Source: Phoronis australis
Taxonomy: Eukaryota > Animalia > Phoronida
Reading direction: 5' to 3'
DNA: 64,000 bases
Assembly (NCBI GenBank): GCA_002633005.1
Contig: NMRA01000171.1
Coordinates: 310,001 to 374,000 of the forward strand
Positions 59,001 to 64,000 of this stretch are shown piece by piece. The notes beneath the pieces were generated by a model. The model ran no database searches. It saw nothing but the letters and a program-made list of their open reading frames with translations, and was not told the DNA's origin. The number at the start of each line of letters is the position of its first letter. Positions within the stretch are counted from its first letter, which is position 1. A program made the translations under genes and the position numbers.

Positions 59001-60301
59001 CTCTGTGTTCAGCAAGTGAGTGGTCATTTTGAAGTTGATTGGTCAGAATTTTTACTGTTTTGTAATTGTCACAATGGTTGAGAGTTTCATGAACCAGCCT
59101 TTCCCTGTTTATTAATAGAAAATAACTATGCGCTAAAGGGTAATTCTAACTACGTGATGAGACTCTTGTTATGTAATTATTGTGTAACCTTCCATAGGAA
59201 TTGAAGCATTTTTGACTGTCATTTATGTTAAAGCTCAAAGTGTATGCAGATAATTATATTATTTTTTTATGATTATTGTCAATGTGTGCAGTGCTTAATC
59301 TTGCACAGTGATTTGTGTCATTGATAAAGACTTAAAGATCCCAGTACCTCTGGTTCATCTCAGCCTTGTCCTGATTACTTGTGCACGGGTCGTCTTCAAC
59401 ACAGTTTTAGTCTGTTCATTTCTCCAGGTTTTTGATCACCCAGTTTCTTTTCTGTCTAGTCTGATTTACCCAATCTGTAAACAGTTGAGACATGTTGGTC
59501 ATAAGCACCATGTAGATTAAATGTATGTGCTGTCTTCCTAGGTACAATATCTACCCAATCCAAGACATCAACTTTGGTTCACTACTGCTCAATAGTAAGA
59601 AGACACGTACGTTTGTGATTGAGAACAAGGGAGAGTTTGAGTTCAAGTACTCCATTATGAAACTGATGAAGGAGAAAGATACCAAGGACCAAGCTAAGAG
59701 GCCGTAAGTCTGGTTGTGTTTAGTCTCATATGATGATGGTGATTATGATGATGATGATAATGTTGGTGATGACATATTATATGTACTGTCTCGGTCCGAA
59801 TTGGGCTTGGGCTTCAAAATGAGACGGAAACATTTAACTACTGGACAAATAATTATATTAAGCTGGGTTGATATTAATATTGAAATCTCCTGTATTGTTG
59901 TATTTAATTTCATGTCATCTACATGTCATGCATTTTGTCCATCTGTGCACAATCAAATCAAAAATACAAAATATTGAAAATAAGTTATGTGGTGGCAAAG
60001 ATTACTCAACAGTGAGCCAAAACATGCCCTTTAGGGCTTTTTTACCCAAGACTTTTAACAGAGACTTAAATCTGTCATAAGGGTGTACGTGTTTTTGTAA
60101 TCTCTGTGTAAAAGATGTTGTAAAGTTACGAAATGCTAAATCTAAATAGTCATTGAGGTTGACCAGCTGATACAGTAGTGATAGTCCATGTAACACTTTT
60201 CATTATAGGCCTGTAAGAGGAGATAAGAACCGTAGTCGATCACGTGATGGCTCCAGCTCTGGACGATCTGTGGTCAGACCTAGGAGGACGGAATCTATCA
60301 G
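6744..60301 (+). CDS. HYDIN: Hydrocephalus-inducing protein homolog (HYDIN), 56 traced coding exons, 3'-partial
   Basis: Spliced translation follows recalled HYDIN colinearly (ELLDMSETTHQKFS, FQPFPSEIFFQ, CITEREKFIVPVRCIGARAILDFP, LRGEVYFPNL..FGCILNDTE, HGPPMSGKS P-loop, LGLGSKGPPIPPPA, FRWVVPANSEV, AEAYDVALDMSFPKGADGGIDFG); repeated ASH/PapD-like Ig folds; exon phases chain without frameshift. Confidence 0.97.
7167..7292 (+). CDS. HYDIN: HYDIN coding exon 2
   Basis: MTPSKYMFDM...IELLDMSETTHQK; AG/GT. Confidence 0.93.
7934..8053 (+). CDS. HYDIN: HYDIN coding exon 3
   Basis: FSTVSIDECMFQPFPSEIFFQ...LRNNDK; AG/GT. Confidence 0.95.
8335..8430 (+). repeat. Dispersed repeat fragment, related copy at ~44224-44320
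   Basis: Shared core AGGGAACAAGTTGAGACCA with similar flanks (tcttctcaa upstream). Confidence 0.55.
9055..9189 (+). CDS. HYDIN: HYDIN coding exon 4
   Basis: VPRLVKV...FIPEEKK; AG/GT. Confidence 0.95.
9331..9902. mobile_element. PIF/Harbinger-type MITE, 572 bp
   Basis: TIRs GGGCTGTTCCAGTAAAATCTGT / ACAGATTTTGCTGGAACAGCCC, TTA duplicated on both flanks; internal CCACCC repeats. Confidence 0.85.
9995..10194 (+). CDS. HYDIN: HYDIN coding exon 5
   Basis: DYIHELVCITEREKF...LSAP; AG/GT. Confidence 0.95.
10569..10693 (+). CDS. HYDIN: HYDIN coding exon 6
   Basis: PFKVTPENG...LHYDT; AG/GT. Confidence 0.95.
10842..11043 (+). CDS. HYDIN: HYDIN coding exon 7
   Basis: EDILVNLYGA...NVRLDKNS...QKS; AG/GT. 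Confidence 0.95.
11150..12030. mobile_element. Degenerate interspersed repeat with recurring GAT(C/T)TTCATGAAATTT-type motifs (Helentron-associated-like; boundaries approximate)
   Basis: Related motifs at ~11251, ~11487 and ~11641, each followed by gttgatttt-type motifs; family assignment is an inference. Confidence 0.3.
12337..12463 (+). CDS. HYDIN: HYDIN coding exon 8
   Basis: FCNDLVV...EECIGDPSLRDKLSII...KQ; AG/GT. Confidence 0.93.
13133..13171. repeat. (CA)n microsatellite
   Basis: Seen directly. Confidence 0.95.
13349..13717. mobile_element. Fold-back (hairpin) MITE-like element
   Basis: Long imperfect inverted repeat: CCTGGGGTCTAAT..GTACTTGAAATCGAAC..AAATTAT versus ATAATTT..GTTCGGTTTCAAGTAC..ATTAAACCCTAGG, plus a further internal inverted pair. 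Confidence 0.65.
13888..14387 (+). CDS. HYDIN: HYDIN coding exon 9 (500 nt)
   Basis: VVENDKLL...EGDIWPNS...GRESRLPLRIRGDGIGP...GSPEEVKLTF; AG/GT. Confidence 0.95.
14582..14649 (+). CDS. HYDIN: HYDIN coding exon 10
   Basis: GSVIGPTFHFDVPRLKFGTVSY; AG/GT. Confidence 0.95.
14902..15220 (+). CDS. HYDIN: HYDIN coding exon 11
   Basis: FPNSRSCTL...LVVDVEGVGDEVVSLPITA; AG/GT. Confidence 0.95.
15683..15866 (+). CDS. HYDIN: HYDIN coding exon 12
   Basis: CVVPSV...CFLRHPY...YSSPQPR; AG/GT. Confidence 0.95.
16056..16209. repeat. 25-bp minisatellite x6
   Basis: Unit GGCTGTGATGTTGTGATATATACTT. Confidence 0.95.
16912..17028 (+). CDS. HYDIN: HYDIN coding exon 13
   Basis: GIIEPESTLEIPL...FGSNLSPL; AG/GT. 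Confidence 0.93.
17511..17663 (+). CDS. HYDIN: HYDIN coding exon 14
   Basis: PVHLSCVGEGPVV...IPAKFTAHL; AG/GT. Confidence 0.94.
17684..17785. repeat. 52-bp tandem duplication
   Basis: GACATCACTTTTGTATTGTTTGAATAATATATAATAATTATA.. twice. Confidence 0.9.
17848..17983. repeat. 17-bp minisatellite x8
   Basis: Unit AAC(G/A)CATACAGTACATT. Confidence 0.95.
18328..18431 (+). CDS. HYDIN: HYDIN coding exon 15
   Basis: LRPKSNW...TANLDDCV; AG/GT. Confidence 0.93.
18788..19061 (+). CDS. HYDIN: HYDIN coding exon 16
   Basis: FQDKLQ...LNLGPHFS...NRGRRIQNLIW...MKYK; AG/GT. Confidence 0.95.
19403..19515 (+). CDS. HYDIN: HYDIN coding exon 17
   Basis: NRPPPTEVPRPVFTLTPSRMELRPGDSQEVVLQGYVE; AG/GT. Confidence 0.92.
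20057..20207 (+). CDS. HYDIN: HYDIN coding exon 18
   Basis: PHLVEERMVCHAIIG...FRVDK; AG/GT. Confidence 0.94.
21145..21156 (+). CDS. HYDIN: Candidate 12-nt HYDIN microexon (PPDS)
   Basis: ttgttttattctag|CCACCTGACTCA|gtgagt in a phase-0 intron. Confidence 0.35.
21533..21707. repeat. 34-bp minisatellite x5, identical units
   Basis: Unit ATCTGAATTGCCCATTGACAGTCATTGACTACAC, no spacers. Confidence 0.95.
23453..23587 (+). CDS. HYDIN: HYDIN coding exon 19
   Basis: KPEDILQ...NISSLPL...PF...TFEM; AG/GT. Confidence 0.9.
24679..24807 (+). CDS. HYDIN: HYDIN coding exon 20
   Basis: DVAMQ...FDPAYVDD...YYEHPHK; AG/GT. Confidence 0.93.
25129..25467 (+). CDS. HYDIN: HYDIN coding exon 21
   Basis: DFVSLRGEVYFPNL...FGCILNDTE followed by an acidic tail; AG/GT. 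Confidence 0.94.
25810..25998 (+). CDS. HYDIN: HYDIN coding exon 22 (low-complexity linker; probable GC donor)
   Basis: tag|VEHLTAPTT...ELDVVDK|gcatgt; 189 nt, phase 0-0. Confidence 0.7.
26333..26545 (+). CDS. HYDIN: HYDIN coding exon 23
   Basis: AVDEKSEK...SPLGVEQ; AG/GT. Confidence 0.88.
27018..27365 (+). CDS. HYDIN: HYDIN coding exon 24
   Basis: VFDILPLYG...CEVEGGPTYEIQLQGEASLV...GVPVVIPHT; AG/GT. Confidence 0.95.
28137..28466 (+). CDS. HYDIN: HYDIN coding exon 25
   Basis: GYIEAN...LPGVPEKFHKSFEIQVAH...GEGVFPRISVDLPR; AG/GT. Confidence 0.95.
29294..29365. repeat. Short direct repeat (~45-bp period)
   Basis: CCTCCTCGTAATAT(T/C)GTGAAC twice. Confidence 0.7.
29426..29583 (+). CDS. HYDIN: HYDIN coding exon 26 (TAGCAG tandem acceptor; may start at 29423)
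   Basis: ENVPSELELQMEIERLVVKEFA...KRRSK; AG/GT. Confidence 0.88.
31188..31461 (+). CDS. HYDIN: HYDIN coding exon 27
   Basis: PTLPDYILDFGYVVLG...FDPRGANL...IPIN; AG/GT. Confidence 0.95.
31929..32123 (+). CDS. HYDIN: HYDIN coding exon 28
   Basis: IINGPVFNLRLRAVVTMP...CGEC...EKKK; AG/GT. Confidence 0.95.
32813..32962 (+). CDS. HYDIN: HYDIN coding exon 29 (CAGAAG tandem acceptor)
   Basis: KVDKHVPMHLRRK...NVQVKFMPTEE; AG/GT. Confidence 0.93.
33697..33936 (+). CDS. HYDIN: HYDIN coding exon 30
   Basis: KYYEHRI...GLEPRLEF...NPCNFPIEFY...YLEEEK; AG/GT. Confidence 0.95.
34478..34580 (+). CDS. HYDIN: HYDIN coding exon 31
   Basis: IMRLMRGYD...LLLPPRLPGEKLPQELLDYYE; AG/GT. Confidence 0.95.
35077..35181 (+). 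CDS. HYDIN: HYDIN coding exon 32 (Glu/Lys/Ala-rich)
   Basis: aag|..QVKKVEEAEKAKREKEAEEAAAAAAAAAEAAAAQ|gtgtgt; 105 nt, phase 1-1. Confidence 0.82.
35203..35303. repeat. ~23-bp degenerate tandem repeat x4
   Basis: TGGTCAGTGTGACTGTTGG-type units. Confidence 0.8.
35770..35934 (+). CDS. HYDIN: HYDIN coding exon 33
   Basis: EAGEEGSEK...DKEVDE; 165 nt, phase 1-1. Confidence 0.85.
36540..36704 (+). CDS. HYDIN: HYDIN coding exon 34 (start of adenylate-kinase-like domain)
   Basis: GVGELEITPISAAIARHLGIDLS..G.AARNRRGIAIVVHGPPMS; donor gtaggt. Confidence 0.93.
36673..36810 (+). repeat. Tandem triplication spanning the exon 34 splice donor
   Basis: TGTTGTACATGGTCCTCCCATGTCAGGT(A/G)GGTTATATAGTGTT three times, periods 39 and 48 nt. 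Confidence 0.95.
37326..37571 (+). CDS. HYDIN: HYDIN coding exon 35
   Basis: (G)KSSTAVNLAKKYEAALLTIDGVVLEAI...GLRARELC; completes Walker A GPPMSGKS. Confidence 0.94.
39005..39013 (+). CDS. HYDIN: Candidate 9-nt HYDIN microexon
   Basis: tgcattctgttctatcatttttcactatag|GCCATAGTG|gtaagt in a phase-1 intron. Confidence 0.5.
40533..40690 (+). CDS. HYDIN: HYDIN coding exon 36
   Basis: AVTAGSVAQSMVSNRKTS...ATNSQ; bridges phase 1 to phase 0 as required. Confidence 0.87.
40811..40822 (+). CDS. HYDIN: Candidate 12-nt HYDIN microexon (CSSM)
   Basis: gctgattaccatctag|TGCAGTTCAATG|gtaagt in a phase-0 intron. Confidence 0.45.
41021..41051. repeat. (AC)n microsatellite
   Basis: Seen directly. Confidence 0.95.
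41140..41238 (+). CDS. HYDIN: Candidate 99-nt HYDIN alternative exon
   Basis: Long polypyrimidine tract, cag|PRAVVSKAFLHIKKDSGLPFPKQLSSPSHPKLR|gtagga, phase 0-0. Confidence 0.5.
41304..41333 (+). CDS. HYDIN: Candidate alternative terminal exon (DEDSGVDSV*)
   Basis: ttttgttgtag|GAT GAA GAT AGT GGA GTA GAC AGT GTT TAA; AATAAA at 41598-41603. Confidence 0.3.
   Translation, partial: DEDSGVDSV
41813..41932 (+). CDS. HYDIN: Candidate 120-nt HYDIN alternative exon
   Basis: ccccacttag|YTRHSSLKNYTDMANKKATDKQQTTGCEPPAVTITTNESE|gtttac, phase 0-0. Confidence 0.5.
42370..42446. repeat. 29-bp tandem repeat x~2.6
   Basis: Unit AGCTGACCCTATTT(T/G)CATTGTCAGTTATA. Confidence 0.9.
42957..43097 (+). CDS. HYDIN: HYDIN coding exon 37
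   Basis: VPSSPPP...RRLSVSASVAGEDGLMSTVLPEELLVEILAERLQ. Confidence 0.95.
43483..43666 (+). CDS. HYDIN: HYDIN coding exon 38
   Basis: LSDCSRGVVFDGLESLF...EEK; AG/GT. Confidence 0.95.
44485..44626 (+). CDS. HYDIN: HYDIN coding exon 39
   Basis: LQSKVDEEEERRRLEDMSEEEYDVMSEEEK...RIR; AG/GT. Confidence 0.93.
46006..46020 (+). CDS. HYDIN: Candidate 15-nt HYDIN microexon (YRER+R)
   Basis: gtctaacattttcag|GTATCGAGAGAGAAG|gttaga, phase 2-2. Confidence 0.45.
47412..47492 (+). CDS. HYDIN: HYDIN coding exon 40 (E/R/K helix)
   Basis: EREEKERKEKEEREAKEAELRRQEEE; phase 2-2. Confidence 0.9.
49221..49235 (+). CDS. HYDIN: Candidate 15-nt HYDIN microexon (NVVDK)
   Basis: cctgattattttattcgtgttccag|GAATGTTGTGGATAA|gtatgt, phase 2-2. 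Confidence 0.5.
   Translation, partial: ECCG
49564..49797 (+). CDS. HYDIN: HYDIN coding exon 41
   Basis: LAKKKNKK...EAADGDG; phase 2-2. Confidence 0.88.
50028..50147 (+). CDS. HYDIN: HYDIN coding exon 42
   Basis: KKSKHKD...EAEILLMQ; phase 2-2. Confidence 0.87.
50568..50737 (+). CDS. HYDIN: HYDIN coding exon 43
   Basis: FKSFEHTLKDVIDMVEHWDR...KGLK; AAG acceptor. Confidence 0.9.
50871..50947 (+). CDS. HYDIN: HYDIN coding exon 44
   Basis: KERLEKERREQERIEKEKAEKAAKE. Confidence 0.9.
51391..51597 (+). CDS. HYDIN: HYDIN coding exon 45 (poly-Ala start)
   Basis: A13 SGDTPDGE...GVGIPF...KFPELSE. Confidence 0.9.
51812..51960 (+). CDS. HYDIN: HYDIN coding exon 46
   Basis: VLDGLGLGSKGPPIPPPATFGVVPYPVKR...PDD. 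Confidence 0.95.
52470..52609 (+). CDS. HYDIN: HYDIN coding exon 47
   Basis: NVITDDHSQEAE...KTSEK; phase 2-1. Confidence 0.87.
52915..53891 (+). repeat. ~488-bp tandem duplication around N at 53403 (probable haplotype assembly artefact)
   Basis: 52915-53402 versus 53404-53891, six substitutions counted by eye, junction exactly at the N. Confidence 0.9.
53763..53895 (+). CDS. HYDIN: HYDIN coding exon 48 (complete copy; truncated duplicate at 53274-53402)
   Basis: GEGKKDLSRK...TPPPGAVTPGSEVEGQ|gtaagt; phase 1-2. Confidence 0.87.
54081..54131 (+). CDS. HYDIN: HYDIN coding exon 49 (small symmetric exon, possibly a cassette)
   Basis: tttcttgcag|C ATA TTA...AGC ACG AC|gtaagt; 51 nt, phase 2-2, ILTITEGLAITDPKST. 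Confidence 0.65.
55418..55615 (+). CDS. HYDIN: HYDIN coding exon 50 (alternative in-frame acceptor at 55433)
   Basis: GAPYRLGIFRWVVPANSEV...FDQTMNFELIGTRRRYQLYCRGICAFP. Confidence 0.92.
56098..56377 (+). CDS. HYDIN: HYDIN coding exon 51
   Basis: IVFPHRKK...FGPLLIGK...PENME...LKPGEQQ. Confidence 0.95.
56726..57100 (+). CDS. HYDIN: HYDIN coding exon 52
   Basis: ELSIWSYP...FEDSIVCC..ENPEP...LLPVAW...VRLE. Confidence 0.95.
57110..57400. repeat. Degenerate short tandem repeat
   Basis: Recurring TTTCAC..GAGTTCATT motifs. Confidence 0.55.
57651..57850 (+). CDS. HYDIN: HYDIN coding exon 53
   Basis: ISDVENILG...AEAYDVALDMSFPKG...LKNKGKYEMAF. Confidence 0.95.
58764..59015 (+). CDS. HYDIN: HYDIN coding exon 54
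   Basis: FSFEQ...IEPNIGDGGETIASIPVKLSVRSVFS. Confidence 0.95.
59542..59703 (+). CDS. HYDIN: HYDIN coding exon 55
   Basis: YNIYPIQDINFGSLL...FVIENKGEFEFKY...AKR. Confidence 0.94.
60209..60301 (+). CDS. HYDIN: HYDIN coding exon 56
   Basis: PVRGDKNRSRSRDGSSSGRSVVRPRRTESI; phase 2-2. Confidence 0.88.
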
Positions 60302-60841
60302 GTATGAAATGAATGGATTGTGATTCACATCGTTGATGTAACTGCCGAGAGACATGAAAACTAATATGATCTCAGTTGGTGGGGCAAAATTAATGTAACT
60401 TGTATGTTAGTCTTATAATGTCAATTTGTTTGAAATGAAAGTGTGTGGATACACCCTTAGCTCACAGCTTTTATGACTATCATATTGGAACATGTCTATT
60501 TAGGTGACTAGCCTTTCTTTACTTTAATGCTGTCTTTGTCAGAATAACTCTTGTAGTTATTTACAATTTATTGATGTTCTGAGTCAGGCTTATTGCTAGT
60601 GTTCTGGCATCAAACTTGTTTTGTCTTGCTTTCAGTTTGCGGATTTTGGGCCTCTGAAAGCAGGCTGTCTTGCTTTAATTTTGTGCAATAAAATGGAGTA
60701 TGCTTCAGCGATGCTTATTCTGGTAATCTAGTGATTAGTTGGTGGAGAATGTTCTCCATAAATCCACTTGAATGGAAATGTGCAGCCACTGCACATGCAA
60801 AGCAAGCTGTTTTGAAAGTGATTTCGTTTCTCTTCTTTAAG

Positions 60842-60886
60842 CTCATTGGTCAGTTCACAGACCAATAAAAAAATCCAGCCAAGGAG
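60842..60886 (+). CDS. HYDIN: Candidate 45-nt HYDIN cassette exon
   Basis: tttctcttctttaag|SLVSSQTNKKIQPR AG|gtataa, phase 2-2. Confidence 0.35.
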
Positions 60887-62317
60887 GTATAACTAAGCAT
60901 GACTATGGATACATAGCTGAATTGATGGCACTTTGCATGTTTTGATTGGTAGATTATTGCACAAACGCTTAAAAATTAATTTTGTTGTAACATGCATACG
61001 TAATCTTCGCATATTTCTCAAAGTATTTTTAAACAGTCCATAATTTATGGAAGTATTGGGTTGCTTCTAACAAAGCAAAGATTGTTGTTGGAACCAAAAG
61101 GAATTTTCCGATTTTTTTAATCACTGGTGTCTAACACATGTAAGATGCTTTCACAGGGTAGCGCTAACTGACTATCGGTCAATGTCATCTGTGTAGCACT
61201 TATTGACAAAAGTGAAAAAAAGACCTAATCCAAGTGATCAAGAAATGCTTGTGAAATTTACGAAGTTGTTATCTTGCATGTTATGCGGTTGACTGTTAGT
61301 AAAATTAATTTCATTGGGTGAGATAAAATTATTAAAACCATTGACTATGCCTTTAGCGGTGATTAAAGTGGTTTATTTGTTGTTCATTTTCAAAATTCTG
61401 TACGCACTTAGATCTGTATTTTGAGGCACTCAGTAAAAGTAGGGATGTGTTCCATTGATGCAAGTCATTAGCAAGACATTTCAAGCAAGAAATCTTGGCT
61501 TATGCGACAAAAATATAATTTTTTCTTACAGTTTTCTCCATCAAGATTTCATTCTCACCAAAGCAATCATTTCAATGGCTGCCGTTTGGTTATTATAGGC
61601 AATAGTTTCTGAGCTTACTAAAAAAACTTGTTTTTCATTGGTGTCATTTTATGTGGTCTTGCATAATATTGCTTTTCTCACAAGAAACTTGCTTGGAACA
61701 CAGCCTAGCATTGTTATTTTGGCCACCATCAGTGAAAGGAGAACTCTAAAATATCTTACCATATTATTTGTTTCTACATTATGGTTAATGAAGTAGACGG
61801 CACATATTGCACTATCACGTCTTTCACTTTGTGGGTCTTAGCCCCTTGATTTGTACCAGTTGACTTGTGACTGTTGTGACAAGTTAACATGGGAAGAGGG
61901 AACTCTTTTGAAAATTAGGTGAACAGATGCAAGTCATGCTCTGTGTGGTGTGCACAGTGTAAGGTGTGTCGTCGTCCAGTAGTAGGTAGAGTAACTGTTG
62001 TTGTAACAAATCTGAAGCTATTACGTCTCATTGTATTTACTAGGTTCAGTGTATTAGAGAGTACCTTTTCAATGTTGTTCTTGCCTCAGTAGAATAAAAC
62101 CAAGTCAGGTTGTATCAGAGGAACTAGTGTTTTGATTTAGACCACTTATCAGCATAACTGTCAGTTTCACGAATTCCTTACAAAGGTAACAACTGATTGA
62201 GGATCTGAGGTTTCTGTTTTTTGTCTTAAAAGAGTTTTTTTTTCAGTTCGCAAACTTAGCGTGTACCTTACAAATTTGTTGTGATGTTGATTTTTAGTAA
62301 ATTTGTGTTTTGTTAAG

Positions 62318-62383
62318 GCGTAAGATGGCTGACTCTAAGGAAAGGATGCTTACGGCCACACTGCTTCCATTATTAAGCACTAG
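62318..62383 (+). CDS. HYDIN: Candidate 66-nt HYDIN cassette exon
   Basis: ttgtgttttgttaag|RKMADSKERMLTATLLPLLST AG|gtaaag, phase 2-2. Confidence 0.35.
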
Positions 62384-62625
62384 GTAAAGTAGGAAAAATC
62401 CATTATGCAAAATATCTGGCATATTTTATTTATTGTGTTACGCAGCAGGTGTATTTAATGTGAATGTTTGAATTTAGGGACACAAAATTGAGTGAGCATA
62501 GAGTACTGTTGGTCTTAAACTATCATAGATGTTATCGTTATCATTATCTTACAGACTCAGTCTTGCATATTCCTTCTCCAGGTTGTTTGTGTGAAGTTGT
62601 ATTTTATGTACACACGTTTTTATAG

Positions 62626-62694
62626 CCCTCATTATAGAATAACTTCTCCACACAAGAACACCAAACATGCTGGGATTGGCTATATGGTTTCGAG
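62626..62694 (+). CDS. HYDIN: Candidate 69-nt (57-nt from 62638) HYDIN cassette exon
   Basis: gtttttatag|PHYRITSPHKNTKHAGIGYMVS AG|gtagga, phase 2-2. Confidence 0.35.
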
Positions 62695-62879
62695 GTAGGA
62701 GGGTTTAGAGAAGTTCACCAAAATTATATGTAAAGTAAGAGTAAAGTGGCTACAAAACATTTCACATTCTTTTTCACTTTCTAACTATAGAACTTGTTCT
62801 TCACTTTGGGGAGGAATGATTTGTTTGGTTGGGACGAACTGACAGTTGTTGTGTTTGAGACAATCGCTGCATAAAATGA

Positions 62880-63311
62880 GCCGCTATTATTGTCATGTCT
62901 CATCTCTATCAATAATCAGCCATTATTGTACCTCATCTCTATCAATAACCAGCCATTATCATGCCTCATCTATCAATAACCAGCCATTATCATGCCTCAT
63001 CTCCATCAATAAGCAACCATTATGATGCCTGATCTCTATCAATAACCAGCCATTATCATGTCTGATCTCTATCAATAACCAGCCATTATCATGCATCATC
63101 TCTATCAATAACCAGCCATTATCATGTCTCATCTTTATCAATAATCAGCCATTATCATGCATCATCTCTATCAATAACCAACCATTATCATGTCTCATCT
63201 TTATAAATAACCAGCCATTATCATGTCTCATCTCTATCAATAACCAGCCATTATCATGCCTTATCTCTATCAATAACCATCCATTATCATGCCTCATCTC
63301 TATCAATAACT
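62880..63311. repeat. 33-bp minisatellite x~13
   Basis: Unit AGCCATTATCATG(C/T)CTCATCTCTATCAATAACC. Confidence 0.95.
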
Positions 63312-64000
63312 AGCTGTCAGTTCTGCTCTAGACCAGTGATCATCTCTAATTTTTAGTAAGTTAGTTACAAGTTTTAACTTCAACTATTAAAAGACCACTT
63401 TCATGCCCTTAATCAAATTAAAGTTATTAGTTTGACATAAGGTGGGTTTGCAGGTGATTCAGCTAGGTGACTTTTTCATGAAATTTCCTTGTTACATTCT
63501 CGTTGCTTAGAAATGGAACTATTTTAATACATTGTTGTTAAAAGTGCCCTATTTTGTCTCTACTTTAGTCCTCCAGTATAATATACAAATCAGTTAGATC
63601 TTTTCTACTGGAATAGTTTTCATTGTGTTAAGGTTAGAACTAATAGGGGTCTGTTAGATTTAATAGTAGTCTGTTGTCATGTTTGATTGGTTTTGTCATT
63701 CGGCTTCATTAGTTTCTGCTCACCTTTCATGTACTCTTTATGAAATGATGCTTATCGTCATTATTGGAATTAGTACCATTTATCAGATTCGTTTCGTATT
63801 CATTGTCTTGGAAACTTTTGTAGTACATCTATTCAGATTACTAGGCCTTCACCCATTGGACAGATAAAATCACCAACTTTTGGTCAGATTTCACCTAGGT
63901 AGGGCTAAGTAAATTCAAGTTTGTATTTTTTATTTATTTGTTGGGACAGCCTGCTTATCCAAAATGTTTTTTTGCGAAAATTAGTTTAAGTGCAGAAAGA

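Noticed and set aside
13882-59027. Numerous minus-strand ORFs overlapping HYDIN exons
   Set aside because: Antisense shadows of coding exons with no coherent gene structure.
62959-63141. Minus-strand repetitive ORF (HDNGWLLIE repeats)
   Set aside because: By-product of the 33-bp minisatellite; no splice or homology support.

Overview
Eukaryotic, AT-rich, intron-rich genomic DNA from an invertebrate animal; the exact taxon cannot be determined from sequence alone. Two genes lie head-to-head around a promoter interval of about 0.4 kb. On the minus strand are the first three coding exons of a PRELID3/slowmo (PRELI/MSF1 family) mitochondrial lipid-transfer gene, which runs off the left edge. On the plus strand is the 5' part of a HYDIN (axonemal central-pair protein) gene. 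I traced it by hand as a putative 5'UTR exon plus 56 phase-consistent coding exons (6744-60301, about 10.2 kb CDS, about 3,390 aa, no stop reached), and it continues past the right edge. Introns hold non-autonomous DNA transposons (Tc1/mariner-type with TA TSD, Harbinger-type with TTA TSD, a fold-back element, a Helitron-like 3' end) and several minisatellites. Two single-N gaps are flanked by duplicated sequence, probably haplotype assembly artefacts. No prokaryotic system, CRISPR array or RNA gene is supported. The most unusual signals concern HYDIN splicing: many in-frame candidate microexons and cassette exons, an in-frame triplication of the splice donor that splits the P-loop, and a candidate early terminal exon ending in a DSGxxS degron. 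These are all predictions and need RNA-seq. Homology calls come from recalled protein sequences, not database searches.
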